A DNA stretch of 64,000 nt from Podarcis melisellensis (taxonomy: Eukaryota): the NCBI GenBank assembly GCA_964234715.1, contig OZ174290.1. One strand, 5' to 3'. The notes beneath the pieces are model-generated. The model had not been told where the DNA came from. It did no database searches and saw only the letters and a list, made by a program, of their open reading frames with translations. The position numbers were made by a program, and so were the translations under genes. Positions within the stretch are counted from its first letter, which is position 1. Each line of letters opens with the position of its first letter. Below, piece by piece: positions 12,771 through 25,149 of this stretch.

Positions 12771-13641
12771 TTTAGTAACAAGTTATAAGGAGCCTGCTAA
12801 AACCATTTTGGTTTCAGCAAGCCTAACCAGGCATGTAATTTTAGCATGTACGTAGTTTTAGTAAGTAGAAATGTTTTGTAATTACTATATATGTTTTGGT
12901 GGGTTTTTTGGTTGGAATATTTAATGACTCTCTTACTAGAACAAAAGGCACTCAGAAGCCTTTTGTTCTAGTAAGTGATATATAAATTTTGGTAAATAAA
13001 ATCTTTAAAAACCCACAGTGTTTAAAATTTTGTCAAGCACTTGGAAAGGGAGGCCTATGAAGTCTTTTAGGGGAACCCTATAGTGCCATTTCATTCCAAC
13101 TTGCAATAGCATGGTCATTTTATTACTGCGTCTTTTATGGTCTTCAGCTATATATTAGGCATTTTGGATACTTTTGGTGACAGAATACACACACAGCCCT
13201 GCAAAGCAGACTAGGTGGAGCAACCCAGGGAACGCACTGTAACCAAATTGGACCAAGGTCTTACAGAGATGGCAAAATGTTAGCTATTGAAGAGCCAAAT
13301 GTTATATATGCAGTAGATCCCGGAACCTGCAGAGAATTCTAGGAGGTTGGTATAACCATTTCAGTTTAGGCACTATCAGGTGAAAGTTGTAGGACCTATG
13401 TTTCCTAGCTGTATCAACATGGGGAAACATTCCTGTTTCAATGCTGTGGATGGATAACTAAAAAGGAGGAAATAATGGAACAGAACATATCCGAGTAAAA
13501 TTTGTCGTGGGCAAAAACAGCACGAAATTGGCTAAGACACAGCTAGGTCTGAAGACTGGTTTGGATTGCACTGAAAGGAACTCTGGGCAGTTTTCCAGGA
13601 CTCTTTCAGGACTCTACACACATGCATAGCATGATTTGTCA

Positions 13642-13987
13642 TGCTGTGGGTTAAACCACAGAGCCTAGGGCTTACCGATTGGAAGGTCGGCGGTTCGAAT
13701 CCCCGCGACGGGGTGAGCTCCTGTTGCTCGGTCTCTGCTCCTGCCAACCTAGCAGTTCGAAAGCACGTCAAAGTGCAAGTAGATAAATAGGTACCGCTCT
13801 GGCGGGAAGGTAAACGGCGTTTCCGTGTGCTGCTCTGGTTCGCCAGAAGTGGCTTAGTCATGCTGGCCAAATGACCTGGAAGCTGTCTGGGGTCAAATGC
13901 CGGCTCCCTCGGCCAGTAAAGCGAGATGAGCGCCGCAACCCCAGAGTCGGTCACGACTGGACCTAATGGTCAAGGGTACCTTTACCA
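13642..13987 (+). mobile_element. Sauria SINE (subfamily A)
   Basis: tRNA-like head with B box ggttcgaatccc; acctttacc tail. Confidence 0.9.
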
Positions 13988-14120
13988 CTCAAACAAACCA
14001 TGAGTGGTAAACCAAAAATACAGCAAGGCTTGTTTTACAAGCTGCCTGCCCTATTCAGCCTTTCCATCCCCCTCTTTCACAATGGAGAGCACTGGGGGAA
14101 AGGTAAAAGTAAAGGACCCC

Positions 14121-14452
14121 CCCCAAAAAAACAACAACTGGATGTACACTTCCAAAATATAAGATAAACAATAAATAAAATAAAACCTACATACAGTTAG
14201 AGGTTAATTATTACTTCACTATTAATATACTACTTCTTAATTGTATTGCAGTTCAACAATTACTTTAATAAATTACATATTTTGTTACGTGCAAATGGTT
14301 TAGATACCTATTAGGTCCACAAATTACCATATAGCATATATTCAACACAAAAAAACAGCAACAATTTGTTGTTGACAAAGGACAGCCGGACATATATAGG
14401 GCCCCATTACCTCCAGTAGCTTAGGGCCTCATGAAACCTAAATCTGGCCCTG
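14121..14452 (-). mobile_element. Non-autonomous DNA element (hAT-like), homologous to 31199-31530
   Basis: Reverse complement matches the cagggc(c/t)(a/g)gatttaggttt... element at 31199. Confidence 0.75.
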
Positions 14453-14584
14453 ACTGTGTGCGAGTGAGAGAGCTCTAGCATGAAACGTATGTGTTCCCAG
14501 TAGTAAAATCTGCCCCCCTCCCATGGCTACAAACCCACCATACACCTACACAGTGGAAGCACAAATTGTCCTGTGTCCTCTTAC

Positions 14585-14704
14585 CTGGCAAACCTCGCAA
14601 TTCCTTTGGCAGGAGCTGCTCATAGGTGTTAAAGATGCCAGCATCAGAAATCACAACAGGAGCATAGACGTTAACAAGATCTTGACCTTTCTTTACGCTT
14701 ACAC
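14585..14704 (-). CDS. RETSAT: RETSAT exon 6 ([41 protein letters not shown])
   Basis: ttttcag acceptor, CAG|gtaaga donor, 120 nt. Confidence 0.95.
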
Positions 14705-15574
14705 CTGAAAATAAGACCAAAATGTGTTCAGACCGGGTAAAGTTTCTTTTTCATTGCTCTAATCATAGAGCAGGAAGAAATCCTTTCCGGCTGATCACAG
14801 AGAAGACTCAACCAATGACAATTCATAGCTGGAAGCTGGTAAGGAGGTGAGATTTTGTTTTTGTTTTTAATGTTTCTTTTTGGTGGCACCTCCAAGGGTC
14901 TCTGTTAGTTTTTACAGCAACCTTGCAAAGTATGCCAATACAATCATTCTCATTTTGCAGATGGTCTGAGGAAGAAGGGTTGGGGCGGGTGATCACTATT
15001 ACAGGCAATCCTTCAACTGGCAAAAGAGGCTCAGTGAAATTAAGAGGGAGGGTTTAAGCATGTAAGCAGCTTAAACACCTTCAATGAAGTTTAATGTGGG
15101 TGGGAAGAGATTTGGTAGGATTGTTTATTGCCTTGGTTCACATGAAGGTTCAAGCGTCTCCTCTCTTTCCCTGTCCTTCACAAGAGACTCACTGACATAC
15201 CTAAATTTCAGGCAAGACAAACGGCAGAGTGATGTTAATTTTTGCAAGTTAAATGCACCCTGGAAAATGTGCTGAAAGCAAAAGCATGTGGAGATTCCTT
15301 CTCTAAAGGATTCGAACCGCCGACCTTCCGATCGGTTTAACCGGTTTAACCCACAGCACCACCCGCGTCCCCAGAGAGACTACCTTACACTGCGTTTAAA
15401 ACCAAAATCGCATTTGAATAGAAACTTTCTCAGGCGGCTAGTCATAGTCTTTATAACCCTGTACCTTCTTCCAGAAAGCAGAAGCTGAAAGAGATCATTT
15501 CCGGGGTGTGCACTATCCTGCACTATCTCTGCAGCTTTCTTATGGCACCTGGAAGCATAGATTTGATCAAAGGT

Positions 15575-15928
15575 AGGGTGGTGCTGTGGGTTAAACCACA
15601 GAGCCTAGGACTTGCTGATCAGAGGGTTGGCGGTTTGAATCCCCATGACGGGGTGAGCTCCCATTTCTCGGTCCCTGCTCCTGCCAACCTAGCAGTTTGA
15701 AAGCACATCAAAGTGCAAGTAGATAAATAGGTACCACTCTGGTGGAAAGGTAAACGGTGTCTCCGTGCGCTGCACTGGTTCACCAGAAGCGGCTTAGTCA
15801 TGCTGGCCACATGACCCGGAAACTGTAAGCGGCTCCCTTGGCCAATAAAGCGAGATGAGCGCTACAACTCAAGAGTCGGTCACGACTGGACCTAATGGTC
15901 AGGGGTCCCTTTACCTTTACCTTTACCT
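15575..15928 (+). mobile_element. Sauria SINE (subfamily A)
   Basis: Same body as 13642; (acctttt)-like tail repeats. Confidence 0.9.
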
Positions 15929-16645
15929 AGGGAGAGTGCACCCAATTATTCTCTTCACAGTCTTTACAACCACAGCACCTTCCATCCAGGCATGCATTAG
16001 CTGCTGGACAAAAAACACTCAAGGGGATGAAAAGAGTACTTATGCCCCCAGGCCTGTGGTCCCCCTCTCCTGATGTAGCCAATCCTGAGCTTGATGGACC
16101 AGTAAAACAGCTTCCTACAACAGGGAGCTCTTGCATGGAAAAGCAAATAAGGGTAAGAGCCCCAGAATCTCTCGGTTTATAAATTAAAGCAGCGTGATCA
16201 AGGGGTTGTACATAAGTCCTTTGGCTTCCCATTTCTTCCCCATCCATGCAGCAATTCCTTGGGCTACACGGGATGCTTAAGGCACAATGCAAAGCACTCT
16301 GGATCTTCTTGTTATAATCCGCACAGCAATCCTCTAATACAGATCAGTATTGTCCTCATGTTGCAGGTGGGGACGGGGAGATGTGGCAAAGGTTACCTGA
16401 GTTAGCCAGGTGAGTTCATGGCAGAAACAATAATGCACGGAAACCTGTGGTTTCCATATATTTGTTAGACTACAGCTCCCATCCCCTCTGACCATGAGCC
16501 ATGCTGTCTGGGGCTGATGGGAGCTGGAGTCCAGCACCATCAGGAGGGCCACAAGATCCTCTCCCCTGTTACACTGGGACCAGGATGGAATCTGAAATCC
16601 AGACTCTCAGCTGCTATACTAAAACAGCTCTGAGAAAGGGCTCAC

Positions 16646-16843
16646 CACAGGCTTTTCCTTGCGAGTTCACCAAGATGCTCTGCACAGGTGCTTTGGTGAG
16701 GACAGCCCCTCCGGCGCGTTCAATGATGGGGATGGAGTGAAATGCGATTTCACTGGACCCTCCCTGAGGGTACCAGGCACCTTCCAAGAAATGATCGACA
16801 AGGATGGCGTGCAAAGGGAAGCTTGACTTCTCCGGAATGACTC
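16646..16843 (-). CDS. RETSAT: RETSAT exon 5 ([36 protein letters not shown]...SQGKAC)
   Basis: cttacag acceptor, TG|gtgagc donor, 198 nt; [12 protein letters not shown] motif. Confidence 0.95.
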
Positions 16844-17486
16844 CTGTAAGACACAGAACAAGGATTATTAAATCAGAAAGCTGAAACCGTAATTGTGGTT
16901 TAGCACACCCACCCCTACCTCTTGAAGTCCTATCCAAGCAAGGTCTACACAGGAATGGTCCAAGTCTACACACTCCATGTAAGTCAGCTTGGAAATTAAG
17001 TCCATTAAAATATTAGCTCACAGTGCACCATGAAATATATAATGCCATGTCTAATCAAAGATAGTCATTTGTGGCCTTAGGGCTGGTGGTGTCTGCATAA
17101 GAGCTGCCTCTGTTTTATTTCTTAGAGGATATTTTTTACTTCCTTACCCAAACATTACATTCACCCCATGAGGCTCTCCTTTGCCCCCTCCTATCATCTG
17201 AAGTTAGGCAAATGGGAACAGGATGGAGGCCTTTTTGGTTGTGGCCCCTGCTTATAGGAATGCTCTTCCTAAAGAGGCTCACCCGGTACCTATTCTGATG
17301 CCACTCTCAGGCCAGTCAGGAACATTTCTATTTGCCTCGGCTTTTATTTCTTTTGCTGAAGTTTTCTGGCACATTCTGTTTGAGGGGTGGTTCAGATATA
17401 CGAAGTCAGTTTATTAAGCTGACAAAGAGCATTGATCCAACATGTTTACCTGTCTCCCGCCCCCTCATCAGCTTGCTAACCATTTG

Positions 17487-17487
<1 letters not shown>

Positions 17488-17526
<39 letters not shown>
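17488..17526. repeat. (TA)n microsatellite
   Basis: Direct reading. Confidence 0.95.
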
Positions 17527-17528
<2 letters not shown>

Positions 17529-17977
17529 GAAATACACTCACATTTCAAAAGGCTCCTATAGAAAATGGATAGTCTGACTAAGCAGAGATTAAAACAGTTT
17601 CCGGGTTTCTATGGAACAAGAAAACCTGGTTTCAACTAACACTTGGCCCAGAACTTGCCCTCAGCTTTCAGTGTGAAAAGAAAAATTAAAAGCAGGATGC
17701 TACCCTGCTGAGCTTCTCCACTTCCATCACACTTCATTTGTGGCCACTCGTAGGCACAGGGAAATTAAACACAATGACATGTCTCACTTTTGATATTTAC
17801 TGTATGATACCAGGGTAAAAAGAGACTAAGGGCCACCACTTTCAATGGCAGCCACGTTGATATACTTGTCTAGCATTGTCTAGTTCCACCCACAGTTACA
17901 AGTTTCAGCCCCCTTAAAAGGGGCAAAGGGGTTACGATGCACATGCCTTTGAGGCAGCAGGGGACAGCATCACCTAC

Positions 17978-18179
17978 CATAGGTAGGGAAGATATAAGTG
18001 AACACTGCTCTCAGGTCTGCATTTGTCGTGAACTCAGCCGCCACTTCCGACAGAGTTTTGGATATCATCCTAAAGAAAGGGGAGATCAAAGCCAGCAAGC
18101 CGGTGCAGTGAAGAAACCAAACCAAGGGCATCGGGAGCATTTTCAGAATTGCCATGTGGGCGCTCCCTTTGGCGACTCT
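17978..18179 (-). CDS. RETSAT: RETSAT exon 4 (RVAKGSAHMAILKMLPMPLVWFL...LRAVFTYIFPTYG)
   Basis: cccgcag acceptor, TG|gtaggt donor, 202 nt. Confidence 0.95.
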
Positions 18180-18566
18180 CTGCGGGAGGGCGGGAAAGCA
18201 GGGCGGGGAGGTGGGAAGAGAGAAAAGAGATGACGTTTAATGCACACCTGAAAGACGCAGCACGAGACCTCAGCAGTTACAAGCACAAGAACTGAGGACT
18301 TCGGCATTCGCTAGGAAGATAGAAGCGGTTGTAGAGCATTTGGCAAAACAGAAGCACAGCCACGGCTGAGCGGAAGAGCGCATGCTATGCAGCTAGCAAG
18401 TGGATCAGCTAGCAAGTGGTTGGAAAGACTGACCCCCGCCCCCAAGATCCTGGAGAATTTTTTATACTTGACTAGAGGGACCAAGAAGGAAACTTCCTTT
18501 GTTCAGAAAGCACGGTGGATATTCAGAACCAGCCAAACTATGGATGCGTGGGGTACAAGGAGTAAA

Positions 18567-18567
<1 letters not shown>

Positions 18568-18609
<42 letters not shown>
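18568..18609. repeat. (ATT)n microsatellite
   Basis: Direct reading. Confidence 0.95.
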
Positions 18610-19459
18610 GTGCTCCAGGATTTAGAAGCCTCTACATTGGGACCAAGGCTGCTTCCTTTTTGCTGCAGCTGGTAAAGGCCCTTTTGATAACCTTGGTAAA
18701 TATATGCGTTATTTAAAGTTACACATTTTGTGAGGTAGATTCAGCTGAGAAAGCAAAACTGACTTCAGCACTGTCCCGGGATCATCACAGTCAAGAAGGT
18801 ATTTGAGATCCCAAGTCACATAGCTTGTTCTCTGTGGCAGGCAATACCCTCCGATGGTCATTTTGTGATGACCCTCCCAGAATATGTCCTCAAATTTCAC
18901 ACTCACCCAAAACATCTGGGGATCTCGGCAGCCACCATAGCACCCACAATAAAAAAATATAAGGCTGCAGTGCTGTTGAAGAAATTTAAGCTGACCCTAT
19001 ATGTTTTAGTTGCTTAATCTGTTGAGTTTGCATAACCTTGCAGGTAGGTAAAGACATTTTTAAAGCAAGGAATAGTCCTTTGTTCTTAGATGGTGAACAT
19101 ATACGGCAAAGCAGGCAACAGAAGCGGGCTGCTTCTCTTGTGTTGGAGAGAAGAGGGATTGCCTTTTAAAATGCTGCTTGCTTTCTGCAATTTGTATATG
19201 CACTTGTAGTTAAAAAAATATCCCCGGTCTGATGAACCAGGGCACCTTTTTAGTTCACCTACGGCAAATCCTTTGAATACCTACTCAGAAGTAAGCTCTG
19301 CTGAGATCAATGGAGCTTACTTCAAGGCTAGATTGCATTCTAGATTGCATTTCAAAAGTGTCAAAAATATCAGTTAATCTAACAAATGGGTTTAAGACTG
19401 TGCAGCCATAATACAAAATCAAAGGTCTTTCACCAAGGTGCAATGAAAAAAATGGTTAC

Positions 19460-19701
19460 CTTGACAAGCGTCACAAATCTGTCAATATTAGCTTCTTCAC
19501 CAGGAAATTGCTTCTTTAGGCCTTTGACATATTCCTTCTCCCCACTGTATAGGTAATACTTCTTGCAGCTGTCAAGATCTCCCAGGATGACGGTATCAAA
19601 GGGAGAGTCCATCTGGGCCCATTGGAGCTGCCCGTCCGTGAGTTGATCAATCATCACACGTAGGATAGAGTTCTCCTGCATCTGCCCAATGTAATGGATT
19701 C
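19460..19701 (-). CDS. RETSAT: RETSAT exon 3 (GIHYIGQMQENSILRVMIDQLTDGQLQWAQMDSPFD...FVTLVK)
   Basis: cttccag acceptor, AAG|gtaacc donor, 242 nt; GIHYIG motif. Confidence 0.95.
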
Positions 19702-19904
19702 CTGGAAGGCAATGGGTCAAGTGTCATAATGGAAAAGTGATAACGAAAGAGATTAGGTGTGTGTGCTGTGCATCTTTCACGGTTGGCCTGCTTGGGGAGT
19801 CGGGTGGGTGGTGGAACAAGCAACTGATTTCAGTCCACAAGTGATACACAACACTGCATAATTGATGACTCCACCCTGGTAATTTGCGTTCTGCTTCCTT
19901 TGCG

Positions 19905-20125
19905 TTTAAATTGAAATACTTTATTGTCACTTGTACAACTTGTATACAGTGAGATTACACAAGCACCCCCCACTCAGCTCTCTTAGTCTGCTGTTATCTT
20001 TCCATTCAGCAGCCTAACAGCCCATGGATAGAAGCTGTCGGTGTGACTAATCATGCTTCTATATCTTTTGCCTGAGGGCAGGAGATCAAGAAAGTGCCGG
20101 CCAGGGTGTGACTCATCACCAGTTT
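19905..20125 (-). mobile_element. Rex1/Babar-type LINE 3' end
   Basis: DESHPGRHFLDLLPSGKRYRSM...SFYPWAVRLLN matches the recalled Rex1/Babar C-terminal motif; AATAAA downstream. Confidence 0.75.
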
Positions 20126-20387
20126 TGTGCGTGAGTAGGTGAAGTATTGGGAGCTCAGAGCCGCAGCGCTGCCATCTTGGAATATGAAGACTAAATGAAG
20201 GATGGGGGACAATGTAGCGATGACATAATTGTGTCCATGTGTAGCAGACAGCGAGAGACATGTAGTTTTGTCAGGAGTCGAACTGCAGCAGATGGTATTT
20301 GCTGGAATCAATTCCTTTCTGGATAGGAAATGAATAAGCCAAGACTGGCAATTTCTGCGAGAGTTATCCAACATCCCTATATGTATG

Positions 20388-20710
20388 CAGCGGCATAGCA
20401 AGGGGGTGGGTGGGGGTGGTTCGCCCCAGGTGTCACCACTGAGGGGGGTGACAAAATGTCAGGCGGCACTCACCATGAGGCCTGCAGCATGCCCGAGCCA
20501 CACATCTCTCCTGGGAGTGACGCAGTGGCTTGGGCGCCCACAGGCTCCGCGCTGCCCCAAACAGTCCACCCGCTGCCTCCCCCTCAGCTGTAGGGTTGGT
20601 GAGTGGAAGGAGGAAGGCAGACTCCTCGGAGGCCCCATGCTGCCCCCGTGGGCGGCTGGCCCCGCCCCGGGCACATGGCACAGGCGCCCAATCGGTTTGC
20701 TCCACTGCTG
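20388..20710. mobile_element. GC-rich hAT-like non-autonomous element
   Basis: cagcggcatagc ... ccactgctg termini with 8-bp TSD (t/c)atgtatg. Confidence 0.65.
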
Positions 20711-20766
20711 CATGTATGTAGTTGTAACTGCTCAGGCCCACTCCCTGATTGTGTGGATCACCTTAC

Positions 20767-20949
20767 CTACGTCAAACTCGAAACCTTTCTCGTTGAAGGT
20801 ATGGCAGCAGCCCCCTGCCTTCCCATGCTGCTCCAAGACCAGCACACGCTTCCCAGCTTTAGAGAGCATCACGGCCACCGCCAGGCCCCCATAGCCGCTT
20901 CCAATGACAACAGCATCTAGGCCGTCAGGAACCTTGTCCCTGGAAAAGA
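20767..20949 (-). CDS. RETSAT: RETSAT exon 2 with FAD-binding Rossmann motif ([41 protein letters not shown])
   Basis: ctcccag acceptor, AG|gtaagg donor, 183 nt; GxGxxG and GGCCHTF motifs of the RETSAT/CRTISO family; absent from the ORF track. Confidence 0.96.
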
Positions 20950-21855
20950 CTGGGAGACGGGGACAGAAGACATGAGCATCTTCCTATGGTATCATGTAGC
21001 CGGGCTAGCTATTAGGCTATAGCATAAGAACGTAAAAGCCACATAATCTGGCATGTATTATCCCTGCCCTGTTCCAAACACCATTCTCCCTGACCCCCCA
21101 ACCTCCAAAGTAATCCTGTTGCTATAATCCTCGACCTACCTCTCCCACTCGCCTCTTCCCGCTGGTTATCCTAATTTGTACCACATCACAGCCAAAATTA
21201 GATTGTGTGTAGGAAGTCTCAGATCCGCCACAACAGAGAAGATTGAGATACACAACAACAACAACAACAACACCAACAACACACACACACACACACACAC
21301 CAGCTACCAGCAACTGCAATTTGCTTAGGATAAATTATGGAATTTTGGTGTGTGGAGACACAGAAGTGTTATTTTATCAGATGTGTTTGGAGGTAACCAT
21401 TTGTAGCTTAGGAGATATATATATATCAGGGGTACAACCCACTGGGAATTCTGTGCTGTGCGACTGAATTGTGCATACGCATCTGAGCACTCTAGCGCCC
21501 TTGCCCAAGTCTAGTTCATTTTAATAAGTAGACCCCCTCACTGCTGGCCTGTTAGGATCAAACAAGATGAAATGCCATTCATGCAATTCTGTGAATGAAC
21601 TGCAGGTACAGCCCCCCAAATTGGTACCCTGGTATGGGGAGGAGGATTTAGCCCTTTGCTCTGCTGCAGCCTCAGATTCCCTGTGTGTTCTATTTTCACA
21701 AGGCAAACAACAACAACCACCCCACTTCCATTCATTCCAATGGGAGTTTCCTTCCCAATGCAATAGTGGGAATTCAGTTGATCTTGTTTGGCACTGCAAT
21801 TGTTTGCCCCCCATGCCAGGGTCCTGATTGGCACTAGGCCGCCCAAAAATTAGTG

Positions 21856-22340
21856 TAATAATAATAATAATAATAATAATAATTTATTCTTTATACCCCA
21901 CCATCTGGTTGAGTTTCCCCAGCCACTCTGGGAGGCCTCCAACAAAATATAAAAAATGCGATAAAACTTATAACATTAAAAACTTCCCTAAACAGGGCTG
22001 CCTAAAAGTCAGATAGTTGTTTATTTCCGTGACACCTGATGGGAGGGCGTTCCACAGGGCAGGTGCCACTACCAAGAAGGCCCTCTGCCTGGTTCCCTGT
22101 AACCTCACTTCTCGCAGTGAGGGAACCACCAGAAGGCCCTCGTTGCTGGACCTCAGTGTCCGGGCTGAACGATGGGGGCGGAGACGCTCCTTCAGGTATA
22201 CTGGACTGAGGCCATTTGGGGCTTTAAAGGTCAGCACCAACAAATTGTGCTCAGAAACGTACTGGGAGCCAATGTAGATCTCTCAGGACCAGTGTTATAT
22301 GGTCCTGGAGGCCACTCCCAGTTACCTGTCTAGCTGCCGC
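21856..22340 (-). mobile_element. L2-type LINE 3' fragment
   Basis: LTFKA..GL.P.YLKERL...RAFLVVAPALWNALP peptide and (ATT)n tail. Confidence 0.8.
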
Positions 22341-22520
22341 ATATAGTTGCATATGGATCAGCCTTTAGACACTCTCTTGAGGGTTTCTAGTGGCATTCTC
22401 TTTACAACTGTCTGAGCCATATAAAACTTTAGTTAAATAAAATATATTAATCTGTAGAACTGGCACTGCTACCACTGCCACATAATACTCATTCTGCACC
22501 TATAAGAAATCAGTCTTTTA

Positions 22521-22809
22521 TTTTTATTTATTTATTTTTTAAATATCTTTTTATTGAATTCTTCACTACACAAAAAAAGACATAAAACATTAGTGATACA
22601 AACATAACAACACACAAACAAAAAAGAAAACACCAAAAAAGAAAAGACCAAAAACTAACACACATAACAATTTACAGACGAATCTACTTTAAAACAATAA
22701 TTGACTTCCCTCCATCTCAGACCCCATATCTCTCTGCAGTTTATTTCACTAAATCTTTACGTCACAGGTTTTATATTTCACCTACTGTGATTTTAATGTT
22801 TCCTAAATT
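22521..22809 (-). mobile_element. L1-like 3'UTR insertion
   Basis: T-rich tail; 18-bp TSD taagaaatcagtctttta (22503-22520, 22810-22827). Confidence 0.8.
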
Positions 22810-23431
22810 TAAGAAATCAGTCTTTTAAAGGGGCAGCACCAACACTTTGGAACTCCTTCCCTATTGACATCCGGCAGGAACCTTAGCTGTATTATTTTTG
22901 GTACCTGTTTAAAACACTTTTTGTTTAGGCAAGCCTACCGGAGCACGTAGAAGTTACCTGTGCTTTATTCTCTTTTCAGACACTGTTGATTTTAATCAAC
23001 TTTTGAATGTTTTCAAATTCCTGGTCTTTGGGTTTTTTTTGAGAATTTTAATTTTTTTGTAGTCTGTTTAAAGGTTCTCTTACAATCAAATGGTTACACA
23101 CGTTTTGTTAGATAAATGTGGGTTTGCATTTAATCTGGAGGAACAGCTGAGAGGAAGCAGGGAGTGACAACTACCTGCAGTGCAACATGGTCTATTTTCC
23201 AAGGCACTAGGTGAAGTTAATTCAATCACATTTTATCAAATGAAGGGTTTTCCTTCCTCATTCTTCCCAGGCTAGAATGGTGGCCAGGCCGCTCTTTGGC
23301 AAAGAATTTTGCAGCCATTGTCATAAAGGTGGTATAGTCAGCTTTAAGGGACAGCTGGTAGGAGATTTCCTTGAGCAGGGTTCTAAAACACTCAGATGAG
23401 GATGGACAGAATGCAGACTAAAGAACATGCA

Positions 23432-23674
23432 CAGTCATACCTTGGTTCTTGAACAGCTTAGTTGACGAACAAATTGGCTCCCGAACGCCCAAAATTCGGA
23501 GGTAAGCGTTCCGGTTTTTGAACATTTTTTGGAAGCCGAATGCCCAACATGGCTTCTGCGTGAGTGCAGGAAGCTCCTGCAGCCAATCAGAAGCCGTGCC
23601 TTGTTTTTTTGAACAGTTTCGGGAGTCAAACGGACTTCTGGAATGGATTAGGTTCAAGAACCAAGGTACCACTG
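23432..23674. mobile_element. Tc1/mariner-type MITE
   Basis: cagtcataccttggttcttgaac ... gttcaagaaccaaggtaccactg TIRs. Confidence 0.8.
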
Positions 23675-24493
23675 CATTGATAACACTCCACAGAAGAAGG
23701 TTCTAAATCCACCTTTAAATAAAGGGTCAACTACCCCCCAACACATGGCAGATGAAATGGTAGACTTGGCTTCTAGCATTCACCAAATCTTATAGCACAT
23801 CAATTGTCTTAGGATAGGGGTGGCCAGCTCCCAAGAGACTGTGATCTACTCCGGGCTACAGGGTTAAAATGTTGAGCTTTTTTTAGGGAAGCCATACTTG
23901 TTGAGCTTCTTTGGGGGGGGGAGCCAGTGATCTACCAGTGATCTACCACAGATGTCCAGTGATCTACCGCTTGATCACGATCTACCTGTTGGACGTGCTG
24001 GTCTTACGGTGTTATCCCATTTGCCTTTGCAGCAACTCTGCGAGGTAGATCAGCATCGTTTTGTAGCGGGGCTGATCTACCATATTGTTCAAAGCCCATC
24101 AAGAAAATCCATCACTATAAGAACTGAAATCCAAGTCTCCTTAATAGAATCCCTAGAATGTTCAGTTCTCCAATCCAACAAACACATTAAAGAACAGAAG
24201 AGATGAAGTACCTGTGTTTTGTTAATATTCAAAGGAAATGAAATGAATCCAATCTGATTTTCTCCACTGTACTTATGGATACTGGGCGGGGTACCTGTGT
24301 GTTCTCCCTCATGTGTTCACCCAGTGGTAAGAGGGTTCTGGGCAGGATAGCCATACCCCGCTGCTCATGCAATTGCCAGGCACACACCCACCCCCCTGCT
24401 GGCAGTGGTGTTGGATAAACATGAGAGGGGTTCCTGCATGTGTATAAATGTAAAGACAATGTACACCTCCTTCATGCGAGGGGCAATCCTAAG

Positions 24494-25149
24494 CAGTGGC
24501 GTAGCATGGGGGCATGGGGGGCCGTGGCACTAGGCACAGAATATCCCCATGACACGCTCCCTTGTCAAGGCTGCATGGCTGATGTCTTCTGGAGCCATGG
24601 GGAGGTGAGCAGAGCCTGGGCTGTATCTTCGTGGCTGTGGCGGTACCTCCTTCTCCTCACAGCAAACAGATGCCTGCCCCTGGGTGGAACTCCTGCCAGC
24701 TGGAGCCCAGACTTTTCCTGGCCTGCGCCGGTCCTTCCCCGGGGCCTCCCTCCTGGTGTGTGTCTTTGAGCAAGGGGAGGGGAGAGGAGAGCCACACACT
24801 TGCCTGGGACCCGCCAGCAGCTGACCTTGTGCTGCGCAGCCAAGGTGAGGCAGCCAGGGAAGGACTGCATTTGGTGCCTCAGCCTGCTCTCTGCCACAAT
24901 CCTCCTAGGTCAGCTGTGGCTGTGGCTCCAGCACTGCTGGGACGCCACCAACCCCGCCAAGGAAAGCCAGCTGCCGCTCCCGCTGGGAGCTCGCTTAGCT
25001 GAGAGGGTGAACACAGTGACCTCCATGAAGGGCACCACAAGGATGCTGCGAAATTCACCTGTTGCCTTCTGTGCAATGTCGGCAAAGAGGTTAGGGGGCA
25101 CACAATCCTTGCCTTGCCCCGGGTGCTACCAACACACGCTATGCCACTG
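24494..25149. mobile_element. GC-rich hAT-like non-autonomous element
   Basis: TIR cagtggcgtagc / gctatgccactg with 8-bp TSD at(c/g)ctaag. Confidence 0.8.

Noticed and set aside
13680-13712. tRNA genes suggested by ggttcgaatccc B boxes
   Set aside because: These are tRNA-derived heads of Sauria SINEs with no full cloverleaf
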